Below are positions 22,201-29,400 of a stretch of 64,000 bases of DNA, piece by piece. This DNA comes from a virus. The position numbers and the translations under genes were made by a program. A model generated the notes under the pieces. The model saw nothing but the letters and a program-made list of their open reading frames with translations. It did not search any database and had not been told where the DNA came from. The stretch spans positions 1 to 64,000 of IMG/VR virus record IMGVR_UViG_3300037586_005524; one strand, given 5' to 3'. Position 1 is the stretch's first letter, and every line of letters starts with the position of its first letter.

Positions 22201-22479
22201 ATAAGAAGAAGAAAGGTACCAAGAAGTTCTCTCATATAAAGAGCCATCATATGGATAAGTTTGATAAATTCTTTTAACGGCATCATTGTAATATTGTTCT
22301 GCAGAACCAAAAAATGCAAAATTAGAAGCACTAGAAAAATCAATTCGAGGAACAAATCTTTCTTTTTCTTGGATATACGCGCCCATATATTCATAAGATT
22401 CAACTTCTTTTGCTAAAGAATCGATATCTGCTGAACTTACTATAGTTTGTGGGTCATCAAAATATTTTTTTGTATCCAT
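13285..22479 (-). CDS. giant baseplate wedge protein (gp7/P2 gpI-like segment plus LamG/concanavalin A-like domain)
   Basis: 3064 aa. LamG motifs: TVEFWMK, DDKWHHYAFTF, KLYVDG, FSGALDEFRFW. The segment YKSKGTEKAFRNLIRCFG matches the KGT...G motif of gpI/gp7 wedge proteins. It lies downstream of gp25 and gp6. Confidence 0.65.
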   Translation of the reverse strand: MDTKKYFDDPQTIVSSADIDSLAKEVESYEYMGAYIQEKERFVPRIDFSSASNFAFFGSAEQYYNDAVKRIYQTYPYDGSLYERTSWYLSSSYLDNYVFENEYPRTNGFIRIAARDTSGYFDGASSNNYFSSSTPEYILFRGGPHPSTRGKGKKVTDTSGDYRSGYSNIYDQSQNRESNLKIDGVDGNTVEFWMKKEDTTRLAREVVFDTYTVNATEAEAGYGRMAIEIYRAGAANPEFQVTYISGSTDGTTGGVGFQTASIGQGITGNFSDDKWHHYAFTFANSGSLAAGNLQAKLYVDGAHNDTIVGTTTNLIREQSSATVDYVSGGMLATIGVLATSPRGDSTPQLGWAPFSGALDEFRFWKTERNSQQIGRHWFTQVGGGTNTDNANTHLGVYYKFNEGVTGENPTDSTILDYSGRVNNGTWIGYTSGHRETGSAITLSNLVTASYEFKDPILYSTHPDVNAYLTSSISKGKHHDLSNNAAIYNSLPAWIINEDGENGEILKKLTQIMASYFDTLQLQIQELPTLQNVVYPSGSYEKPHHFIKDALESKGFVTSEIFADADILAQFLNQSNNELFEKKLYHIKNQIYQNIYNSLSLIYKSKGTEKAFRNLIRCFGIDHEILKLNLYADQSDYTFENNFSSVTVKKNCVDFSNSGRAYGTIYQFTSSANTNSVSFISGSKSTPTSTSLTRIAIPFTTEAEIIFPDPGSPRDQNYFMLSNLSASLFGMHTARQTNYEEPPSSAQNYNDLTWHGDDSANFQVYACRKTLNDDIVSSAGFTNKDAFFMLSSSDEGFALELTSSVFKEVYDNNKWNFAVRVRPEKHPLASYVSGTLSQMDEKMKADGPLAYVIEFYGVNNDLNTINNEFLVTGNLSQAQGENFLSSSKRAYAGAHRTNFTGSYLTPTDIKFSSLRCWLDYLDNETIRAHARDPKNIGRLNPYKPAYLFEVMPSDGENEGITQPYVPQIETLALNWDFTGLSSSGPANSDSYYGTSDKNASFSVADMSSGSINITSSYGAISGITSLQHTGKGDFFSPNKSVISKEYIYSAKQNIPENVNSSDMVKILDSDDIVFTKHIRPTTNFFAIEKSMYQTISEEMLRFFATIKDFNNLIGEPANRYRQDYKALGKLRQLFFERKVENTGDIVSPDLEKYIDYYKWIDQSISNMIRQIIPASSRFSENIRNMVESHILERNKYWSKLPIIEKKEKHTKNVLESTLGGEAKDDNGIKIQIKFTTEHHHSAHHAAKPSLTKTLKAHGPTQMTVRLPDNEDWEKNDETKNTLSWTRAKLTEPAISSGDSDVDSARQRIFDAIIETSKRANRSPGRLSAHIFKPIHGGVNNLINKKPTLFKTLINNVSGSESVGLEVTNEKVAESDIAKEYRRLYFPKNKKREFLTTSRVKSRGASADTGERDYFGDSYTKWTTPFTIMSSSVVTGYNKILSSSFTGGIDFANLHQDIYTPHYEIPMQGPFTEKWVGGFPYRHVWSQFSGSAKVGSNLDTRANRVEGWRLVFKEDSSNKYVTIVSPISASVHNPRSMFWNGPKRPVNIENIRTTTGSGGYRDPKHTTKIGNYRFDYNIVSTAGRKINNRYFVKNNGININWLDRQKPDSAELPVQGVPDFTSIDRSVTGSNEFVFVNRFSAPGGPETMAAAFLDLESGEYSVYNCLNYRNLAARLPLKEYLTNHCNQFGYWSDAQYSASWETAISTGFQDPAKGGSYAGTQTDVKSAGYAGVSTSGQPMPSYHKVNRNPRRRIELEGDSTKVATTFPTGVAYDNYWVQHPIPRTDMQYSWISASLIVGYTGSVLYGYETPRTNDIRRYGPDASTDLTLLSASLTGAAAIAGGPTIPVDFVGLNTLIYDPLDSPLNLLSSSNGVYKNTNIASIVRPNDFNSLILHRQGPYGWPSWKQARLAQHPVMRKERKDSMLSFFYDNRLEHHTESLATSRFKPMVHVFKEGIIQHTYGNNLASFANIEVQNKLKSKLYGGDQVYDYIKNLYLEDVVSFKPNLISLYYREMIYPREINVYLAKARMRTNYFVDFWRETRSNRTKTNVTNSQGQTILKQSIWALDGRTGSAAEARRGQHSPGNDGAGELQNNYSIHHGGTDIITPAACYVRPISASAAEGDMLYGDTLWEAGNPFYDSYDDYSNEIRRVGQKYSIASEFRMSEHMEYFLDEKNGNFFADREGFLTCTGSNYADSTVNNFFKTYSHSDFLKHFSLIYEDHKGVIEPSRIALTCNAIMKLLPYKGFYPADRTLQLATLFSQSYSSTEYGTDKYEDNSKRRIALTPFFAPGILYNSIKSGVAVDYPIYTKQPGTTTAGGTVTMTTPYSLGTGSTAAHENLYRLSASFDYRLPFDSLVRPETYIGNGSYIYEAEPDPTARVSGSADSTEASPIATGSIKLDLVKSDTYKLAMHNFLATSIDLFLKNGEVSTLISSKNEDSYIVDSTNVYKMRIYLADHQDVSTNNTRNFSMYNRESAFGPTVDSCKDGGPGGYAPFTPPYYYSDSVTGYSYVEYSFTPWKHTVAERYGTEGANEYTLDEIISNSTITKHRSVDGSQLSGSGTHSADYLQDIAMMNLTASVSIFQKDARFVIQPKFETPILNFTNVTKTSFSEGDSSTKGMWHQKGVYETDNSKGIFLGVLDVAGNESLADLLTIDKGLKKLGILPDDKEKTIREAVVAIPVIKKFNKRTGRVQTKFINIHKNIVKRAVADILAGKTPEESSVTTSVYNMVKTMQRYIIPPQFDFLTQLKKFGSKRFRPFAMYLFEFEHEFSQEEIANIWQNIQPEIAQTHKKEKATICHRLEQGELLTAKDLKNPDLHWMIFKVKQKAKWNYFDKVINLAGMLPPRPDAGPAPAGVQLGIQATAPQVDSHGSANPFHPLRSTNEFIGGPTNGGNNGDANGPAVKMDMAPSAPSNIKHGLLSSGIRTNIEDIIEYARLESDVASGYGLDYSYNWPYDFCSLVELIKVDVEAQFGGKGMVQVHPSAASLKSDMGSLGSGGEGIVVTGEGAQSISSRHPDIQEETRSATTVTTMQSVVEQTGNKLQLIDGQEKSRGQGSTAQSTGTKLGLID

Positions 22480-22483
22480 GTGC

Positions 22484-24124
22484 CTACTCTATATCTGTTG
22501 AGTGTTTTTCTACTCTAAATTTAAAAGTCTCTGGTTGCTCTACATATTTTCCATTCAAATAATATACAATTTTAATTCCGTACATATAATCGTTCTGAAG
22601 TATTGACATATCTAAATCAAAATAGCTTCCACTAACATCATATGAAGCTCTTGTGTGATTTAAACTACCTGTCCCATAATCAAGAACAGTTAAATTATCG
22701 TGCACTCTAAACACTTTATAATAAACATCTTCAATAATAGAAGATGATATCTCTGTTGTTGCTTTTGTATATATATTTGGGCTCCAGTTTTTATTTCTGG
22801 CAAATAATCTAAATCTAGCAGTCTCCTCATTAGAATAAATTGATTTAAGATTTTTTATAGAAGTGGCATAAGTATCGTTAGGATTGTGCTCGTATGATTC
22901 AAAGCTTTTAACGGCTATACCTGATCCTGTGTGAAATTCGATATAGCTGGCACCGGTGCCGCGATGAGTAGTGGCGCTTCCTGTTGACCAAACATCATAA
23001 ATTGTAGTTTCCGAGCCCGTATATGCGAATGAGGCGCTATAAGTACCTGAAGCAATATAAGAAGCAGTTATAACAAAAGCATTGTTAGCCGTTACACCTC
23101 CTCCTTCTGGTAGGGATTTTGCGTTACCATCAAGAGTAGCAAAAATCCTAACATCTAATTTTGTTTTTTGAACATTTTGTAAAGTTCCAGCATCGAGCCT
23201 AGCACCCGCTCCTCCTAAATTTGGTATATCTTTTAATTGCCCTCTAATATAATTGTACAAATAAAGAGTATTCAAATTGTCGGCGCCGCTAGCTAAAGAA
23301 CTACTTAAATAAAAATTTCCTCTATTGTCTTTTTTAGAAGAATCCCAACGAGCCTCAATTGCTGGTCGTTTAAAGAAATATTCAGACCCTCTAGCAAAAA
23401 ACTTTTTAGTGTAATACGAATCTGTAGAGCCAGTTGGATTTTTAAGCAGGCCATTTGTGCCATCAGTCATGTCTGTATTTTCATATTTGGCCTCTTGGCT
23501 GCTTGTTAAATGTACGCCAAATCCATATCTCGCACTTGATTTGTCGCCTAGAACGTTTCCAGGAGAATGTAACCATTGTTCTACTAGCGTTGTCACATCT
23601 ATCTCAAGATCTTCTGTCCCTTTTTCAAATGTTTGTTGAAAAGTAGAACCCTCCCCTGTATCATAGTCACCGCCGGGCCTTGTCCAGGTTGTTTTTTCTG
23701 TTGCCCTCATCCAATTCGAACCTGTGCCATCATATGTTAGATCTCTATAACCTTCCATGTCGAGGCCGCGGCCTTCTTCCCAATCTTTAGTTACTGCAGA
23801 TGCAGAAAGTGTGAAACTTCTTGGAACCGTAAATGGATGTTTGGCATTGAACATTCTTAAATAAAAACTTACGCTTCCGGAAGCAGGAATATCACCATTT
23901 GTTCTATCTGTGTTTATATCTGTAACTGGAAAATTAATAAGAACTCTTGATAGTTCTGCTGTTTTTGCTGCGTTAGAGCCACTAATTGTTTGTCCATATA
24001 TTGAAAAAATCTCCAAAGAGTCCGACATCCCCATATTTGAGCCAGTGCCGCGTGTTGTTAAACCTGCTTTAAACGCATTTGTAATTGTTGTGTCTGCGTT
24101 TGCTGTATACCTTTTTATAGCCAT
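22484..24124 (-). CDS. DNRLRE/disaggregatase-related domain virion protein
   Basis: Pattern ADTTI...SRVLINF...FYLRMF...KDWEEG...NW...WTRPGGDY...DLEIDVTTLVEQWL...YGF. Confidence 0.55.
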   Translation of the reverse strand: MAIKRYTANADTTITNAFKAGLTTRGTGSNMGMSDSLEIFSIYGQTISGSNAAKTAELSRVLINFPVTDINTDRTNGDIPASGSVSFYLRMFNAKHPFTVPRSFTLSASAVTKDWEEGRGLDMEGYRDLTYDGTGSNWMRATEKTTWTRPGGDYDTGEGSTFQQTFEKGTEDLEIDVTTLVEQWLHSPGNVLGDKSSARYGFGVHLTSSQEAKYENTDMTDGTNGLLKNPTGSTDSYYTKKFFARGSEYFFKRPAIEARWDSSKKDNRGNFYLSSSLASGADNLNTLYLYNYIRGQLKDIPNLGGAGARLDAGTLQNVQKTKLDVRIFATLDGNAKSLPEGGGVTANNAFVITASYIASGTYSASFAYTGSETTIYDVWSTGSATTHRGTGASYIEFHTGSGIAVKSFESYEHNPNDTYATSIKNLKSIYSNEETARFRLFARNKNWSPNIYTKATTEISSSIIEDVYYKVFRVHDNLTVLDYGTGSLNHTRASYDVSGSYFDLDMSILQNDYMYGIKIVYYLNGKYVEQPETFKFRVEKHSTDIE

Positions 24125-25935
24125 TATTTAACAGTTCCTTTAATATCCAATTCCGGAAACTTTACTTCGAAAATAGCATTTTGTGGGATTGCCACATATC
24201 TTCCGTCCGGAGAAGTAAATTCATCTATACTAAAACCAATTTGTGAATAATTGCTTGCATCTTTTTTAACAATTTTAACATTAACTGTGTCCGCAACTCC
24301 GCGTACGCGATTCAAAGTTGAGTATATCTCTGTGATGGAAAACGATTCCCCAATGGAAAGTACTTTTTCTTTGATTCTCTGTCTCAGGGCTCGTGATGCA
24401 ACTTCTAAAGTATCGAATTTATTTGCTGCAGAATGACTTACAATTTCAAACTCAATTCCAATATTAACAATTTCTGCATCTAAAATGTCTACTGTATCAT
24501 TTATCATTTTGTAGCGGTTGACCCAAGTTTTAAGATTCTGTTTTAGTGTGTCGTTTGCTTTTATTAATTTAGTGTTTGCATCTTCAGATAAAATGTATAA
24601 ATTAAGATTTCTTTTAAAAGAGTCTACATCACGAATAACATGACATTTTTTAATGGCCCCAAATTGAGCAGGCAACCTATAAACTAAGCTTGAATAATCT
24701 TGTAAAGTTACTGCACGACTTTGGGCAGAAAATGTACTTTTAATTCTTTGTTTTATTTGTGTTACGCTGGGCGTGGTTATGTTACCCAAAATAGGTTCGT
24801 CGTTGTTTACTTCTAAAGATGTTATAACCTCATTTAATTTTGAACTAACTAAGGTCGCACCATCCAATACAGAAGGAAATTCTAATCTAGCATCACGTTT
24901 GGCTACTAAAGTATTGGCGGCAGCATTCGTGTTTGATGCAGTATTAATACGATATCTAATAGTTAAAATAACATTGGATGGGCTAATTCCTAATTTATCT
25001 GTTGATAATAAATTAGTTGGATCAAAAGATTCGTCTGTAATATAGTCTCTCCCGTGAATTTTTAATATTACTTGACTTGGATCTTGGACTGCTGCGACTT
25101 CTGGCGTTAATTGATCTTCAGAGCCGTATCCAAATTGTAATATAGTTGTTCCATATTCTTTTACAACAGTAAATCGTCTTGGTACTGCAACTGTTTTTAA
25201 GATAAAAGGAGTGTCTTTCCTGTCTGAATTTGTATTATTTATTGGAACATAGATTGTATCTTGGGAAAGCTCTTCTACTTCAGACCATTCATTTCCATCT
25301 TCGTCCGCTACGGAAATAATTTCTGCCACATTTGCATTCTTTAATATTATCCTGCGAAATGGCTCGTGGTCTCCAACTGTTGCTACTTCACTTTCAAACT
25401 GGCCAGAGACTACAGAACCATGGGCTTTGACTGCATAATGTGTTGTTAAGGAAGAGTCTTCATCAAATTTAGCTGCAATAATATCATTTTTGTTATTAGA
25501 AAAATCTATATTTTCTAATAAAGTAAAAATATTACCATTCGTTGAAATAAAAGTGCTCCCTCTTCTTAAAACAGGGATGTAATCAGAATCGACTCCAATA
25601 CCATTTGAATTGGCTGGAACTAAAATATAAAAAATTGCTGTGCCATAAGAAGATGGAGATGTTTCATATTTATATCCTAATTGTTTTCCCAATCTTATTA
25701 CATTATTGTATTCAACCGCAGTGTCTAAAAAGGATTCATTTACTTGATAATCTAAATAAAAAGATAAAATGTCTCCAACATATGCTACGGTGTCAAGCAT
25801 AAGCGCACCGAAGGAGGACTTATTAAAATCTTTGAAACTTTCAGGATAGTAAGTTTTTGCATATGATACTAAATCACTCTTAATTGAATTAAAATCTCGA
25901 CTACTATATTTAATTGGTATTTGTTTTTCAGACAT
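24124..25935 (-). CDS. gp6: baseplate wedge subunit, T4 gp6 / baseplate J-like
   Basis: DFNSIKSDLVSY, LLD-type AYVGDILSFYLDYQVNESFLDTA, LGY and RAVTLQDY motifs; adjacent to gp25. Confidence 0.88.
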   Translation of the reverse strand: MSEKQIPIKYSSRDFNSIKSDLVSYAKTYYPESFKDFNKSSFGALMLDTVAYVGDILSFYLDYQVNESFLDTAVEYNNVIRLGKQLGYKYETSPSSYGTAIFYILVPANSNGIGVDSDYIPVLRRGSTFISTNGNIFTLLENIDFSNNKNDIIAAKFDEDSSLTTHYAVKAHGSVVSGQFESEVATVGDHEPFRRIILKNANVAEIISVADEDGNEWSEVEELSQDTIYVPINNTNSDRKDTPFILKTVAVPRRFTVVKEYGTTILQFGYGSEDQLTPEVAAVQDPSQVILKIHGRDYITDESFDPTNLLSTDKLGISPSNVILTIRYRINTASNTNAAANTLVAKRDARLEFPSVLDGATLVSSKLNEVITSLEVNNDEPILGNITTPSVTQIKQRIKSTFSAQSRAVTLQDYSSLVYRLPAQFGAIKKCHVIRDVDSFKRNLNLYILSEDANTKLIKANDTLKQNLKTWVNRYKMINDTVDILDAEIVNIGIEFEIVSHSAANKFDTLEVASRALRQRIKEKVLSIGESFSITEIYSTLNRVRGVADTVNVKIVKKDASNYSQIGFSIDEFTSPDGRYVAIPQNAIFEVKFPELDIKGTVK

Positions 25936-25959
25936 ATTTAACGTATTTCCCTTATAATA

Positions 25960-26352
25960 TTAAATAGTGTCTTCAAAGAAGAATTCCACAACATCATAGA
26001 TCCGTAATGGTTTGATAAGATATTTAATTTGAAGTTTAAATAAATGAGGATCTCCATACTCTATTTCATCTGGGCCGAACATTGTTACCTTCACTTCTAT
26101 AAATGGCATATATTTATTAACTTGACTTATGATTCTTGTTTCTATTTCTTGGTACGTTAGCTCGTGATTTGGCTCAAATAAATAATTTCTTATTCCGACA
26201 CCATATTCAGGATCCATAATTCGTTCACCAGGTGCAGTTAAAACAAGCATTTTTAAATTTTGAGATACCATTTCTGCATAAGTTTTATTTAATGTATAGC
26301 CGTCGCTTGTATCTTCTTGTAATGGTAATTTTGGTGATAGCCCTGATGCCAT
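25960..26352 (-). CDS. gp25: baseplate wedge subunit, gp25/GPW family
   Basis: QNLKMLVLTAPGERIMDPEYGVGIRNYLFE signature; AGGAG RBS. Confidence 0.92.
   Translation of the reverse strand: MASGLSPKLPLQEDTSDGYTLNKTYAEMVSQNLKMLVLTAPGERIMDPEYGVGIRNYLFEPNHELTYQEIETRIISQVNKYMPFIEVKVTMFGPDEIEYGDPHLFKLQIKYLIKPLRIYDVVEFFFEDTI
25961..25968 (-). promoter_or_regulatory. candidate late promoter motif ACTATTTA
   Basis: 25 nt upstream of the gp6-like ATG 25935, overlapping the gp25 stop. Confidence 0.45.
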
Positions 26353-26372
26353 AAAAATCTCTCCTTTAGTTA

Positions 26373-26380
26373 TAATTACT
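26373..26380 (-). promoter_or_regulatory. candidate late promoter motif AGTAATTA
   Basis: Intergenic, 20 nt upstream of gp25 ATG 26352. Confidence 0.4.
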
Positions 26381-26425
26381 TCTTTTTTATAAAATTGGGC
26401 CTATCTTTCTAAATTCTTTTTAATT

Positions 26426-29400
26426 TTAACAGAGTGCGTCTGTCCCTAGCACATCATAAGGGTCCCAAATCTTAGTGTCTAGACCATGAGTTACTGCAAT
26501 TTGGCGGTTCCAGTTGCCTTCCATGAAGGCCACATCGAGATCGTCGATATCGCCCCCGGCAGCCACGTACTTCTCCCCGATCTGTGCGATCTCGGCTGGC
26601 GACAGGCCACTCTCGGTTATTAAAGTGCCGGCGGGCGCTGTTAGCAGACCTGTTATATGTAATTCCACACCTCCACGGTTTCGGTTTGGGAGCGGCTTGC
26701 CGTCGAACCATTCACCGCCGGCGTCTTCAGCATTGCGATCAACCCACTGAATAGTTACAATATCCTGTAAATTATTTTGAGTTATGAACTCCTCGATGCT
26801 TTTCTTTATTGACCCGGCGAGATAGTTGAGTTCTCCACAACTACCATGGTCAACTGAAAATGCCCAGCCGCTGCCCGCGCTGGTGGTGTTTTCGCCGTAA
26901 ACCCAGGAACTCCCCATATCTTTGACTGCAATCTTTGTAGATGTACTTCCATGCACGTTTGAGTCAGGATCATCTTTTTTCCATTTAATATAACCAAGGG
27001 TTTTATCACAAGTTGCCTCGTAAAAATGTTTTGGCCCATCTGGCTGGCCTACTACAAATGACAGAGTATTTCCGTCCAGGAAGTTCGGGCGGAAATACTC
27101 TCGTGTTTGAGCGCTCGGGTGATGCCAGTTTCCTTTACAGTTTGTACCCTCGTAATCTTCGTTAGTGTACGGGAACTTAATAACCCATGCCACCACAGGG
27201 CTGTCCTTAGTAATTTCTTCAAGCTTTTTCTGAATTTCTAGTTTTTTATCTCCTTTTTCAAATATAGAAACCTCTTCGCCGAGGAATGTTACCCTACTAA
27301 GCACTGGTTCCCACGTATCACAGGCCTCATCGATACACCACTGGAAGTTCGACAAGCTTGGCAAATATGACGGTCCGGGGATTGTCTGCTGGCCGCCGGC
27401 GCTCAACACATCATTATAGAAGCCCTCAAGTATAAGAATTTGTTTTCTTGCTAATTCAAAGGTGGCCTTATTGTCGCATAAATCAACCAAGGTGTCTGAG
27501 ACAGGGAAGGGCGAAGAATTGACACTTTCACAATTAAAATATAAAATATCTAAAAATCCCTGGCTTGAGCCTGGCAGAATCATGCTGTCTGCCACCCAAG
27601 CATTATTTATATAATAATCTTCGTTTTTTGTTAAATCGCTTATTACTCTTTTATATTTCTCAATATAATCAAATGCATGTCCTTCGACTTCTATGAGCGT
27701 ATCATAATATTCTCTTAAAGTAGAAAATATTACTTCTAAGTTCATATCTGATGTCGCTTCTCCGGCTTTTTCTGCAGCTATCAGAGTATCAAATAACGCT
27801 GTGTCTGAAAACTTTCTATATTGGTAGGCCCAATCGAACGACGCCCCGGGGTTGTCCCGAGGGAAAGCAGTTGAGTTAGAATTCCTCGCCTTATATTTTT
27901 GGCGGAGAATCCAATTGCGGTCATCTTCCATTATATTATAAGATTTCATCAACATGTCAAACATTTTTTCATCCGCCGTATATTCTTCTTTAGAAATTGT
28001 TGGATCTTCATCGACTGCGCTGTCGCATGCTTTAACCTCGGCGGCTTTCAATTGGTCAGGTGCTTTATTCCCGAACCAAATACCGCTCATTGTGTCGCCT
28101 AAATACTTTTCTAACATGCACATAGTAAATCCTGCAGGGGTCCATGGGGTCATGAAAAATGGATTACATTTTTTCCATCCTGGATCAGTGGCTTGAACCA
28201 TACCTTTCATAATACCAAGCGGAGTCATGGCAAAAATTTGAGAATAGCTTGGTGGGCTCCCAAGCATTAAAGTTTGAAATTTGTTCCACCAGCTATCCTC
28301 TCCTGTGTCTTCTGTTTGACTGGTTTGTTCTTGACTGGCGGCTTCGGCGCCTCCTTTCAATGGATCCGCCGCTTGTGTATTAGAATAGAATAGAGATCTT
28401 AACATTCCTTTTGTTTCAGGAAACATGCCACCTTTTAATTCTGTTTCAGTGTCATAAACAGGAAGGCCGTTGCTGTCTTTATTGCCCGTGTCATATTCAG
28501 CCTGTGTTGTTTTCGTATATTCATCTAGTTCGAAAGTCTGCATAAGAACATATAATGAAATCAATGTTTTATAATTATCAATCGGAAATATTCTTCCAAA
28601 AAGTTTTTCAAAATCACTTGTTTCTGTCATTAAACCAAGAAGCTTGTTAAGAGGGAATTCATCTTCAATTGAATCTTGATAAGAAAAATATCCCAAAGGC
28701 ACTGCTTTTGTGTCCTGGGCCAACTTCACGAATCCGTCTGCAATAGTTTTTGCATCTTGGTCTGATTTTCCTTGTTCCTTCGCCTGGCTTTCATAAAAAC
28801 TATGCAGTGCGCCTGTTTCTGCAAAATTAAGACCACCAACAGGGAGTTCAACCTCCATTAATGGTATTTCAATTATGGGCGGTGATATGTCGGCGCCTTC
28901 TTTTAAAGTTGTTAAAGCGCTTTCATACTCAACGAACATATATGTTCCAGTGTCAAGCTCTGCTTTTCTAAGCTTTTCATATAAAATATAAGCTTTTTTA
29001 TTCAACAAATTTGGGCCTTCAATGGGCCCATTTATACTTGTATTAAAGGGCAGTAAAAGTTTATCAAGGTCGATCTTTACAGTCTTGTTAGTGTCGTCTG
29101 AGTTAAGTTTCCTTTTTACAGGTTCTTTTTCCAAACCCAGATAGATGGTATCGCCGGTGGAGGGATCGATCTGGATCGCCGGCGGGCCAACGCCGGAATA
29201 TACAGGGGCATAATCATATCTAAGTGGCAGGACATAAACCAATCTTAAGCCATACATCCATGGATCAAAATAATTTGTATGTGGCTCGCTAGCTTGGACA
29301 GAATTTTTATATTTTGCTACACCAAAACTATCGGCCGTCATTGCTTCCCGCCATTGGTTTATATTAATATAAGCACCTGGCTTTTCATCAAGATTGTCAG

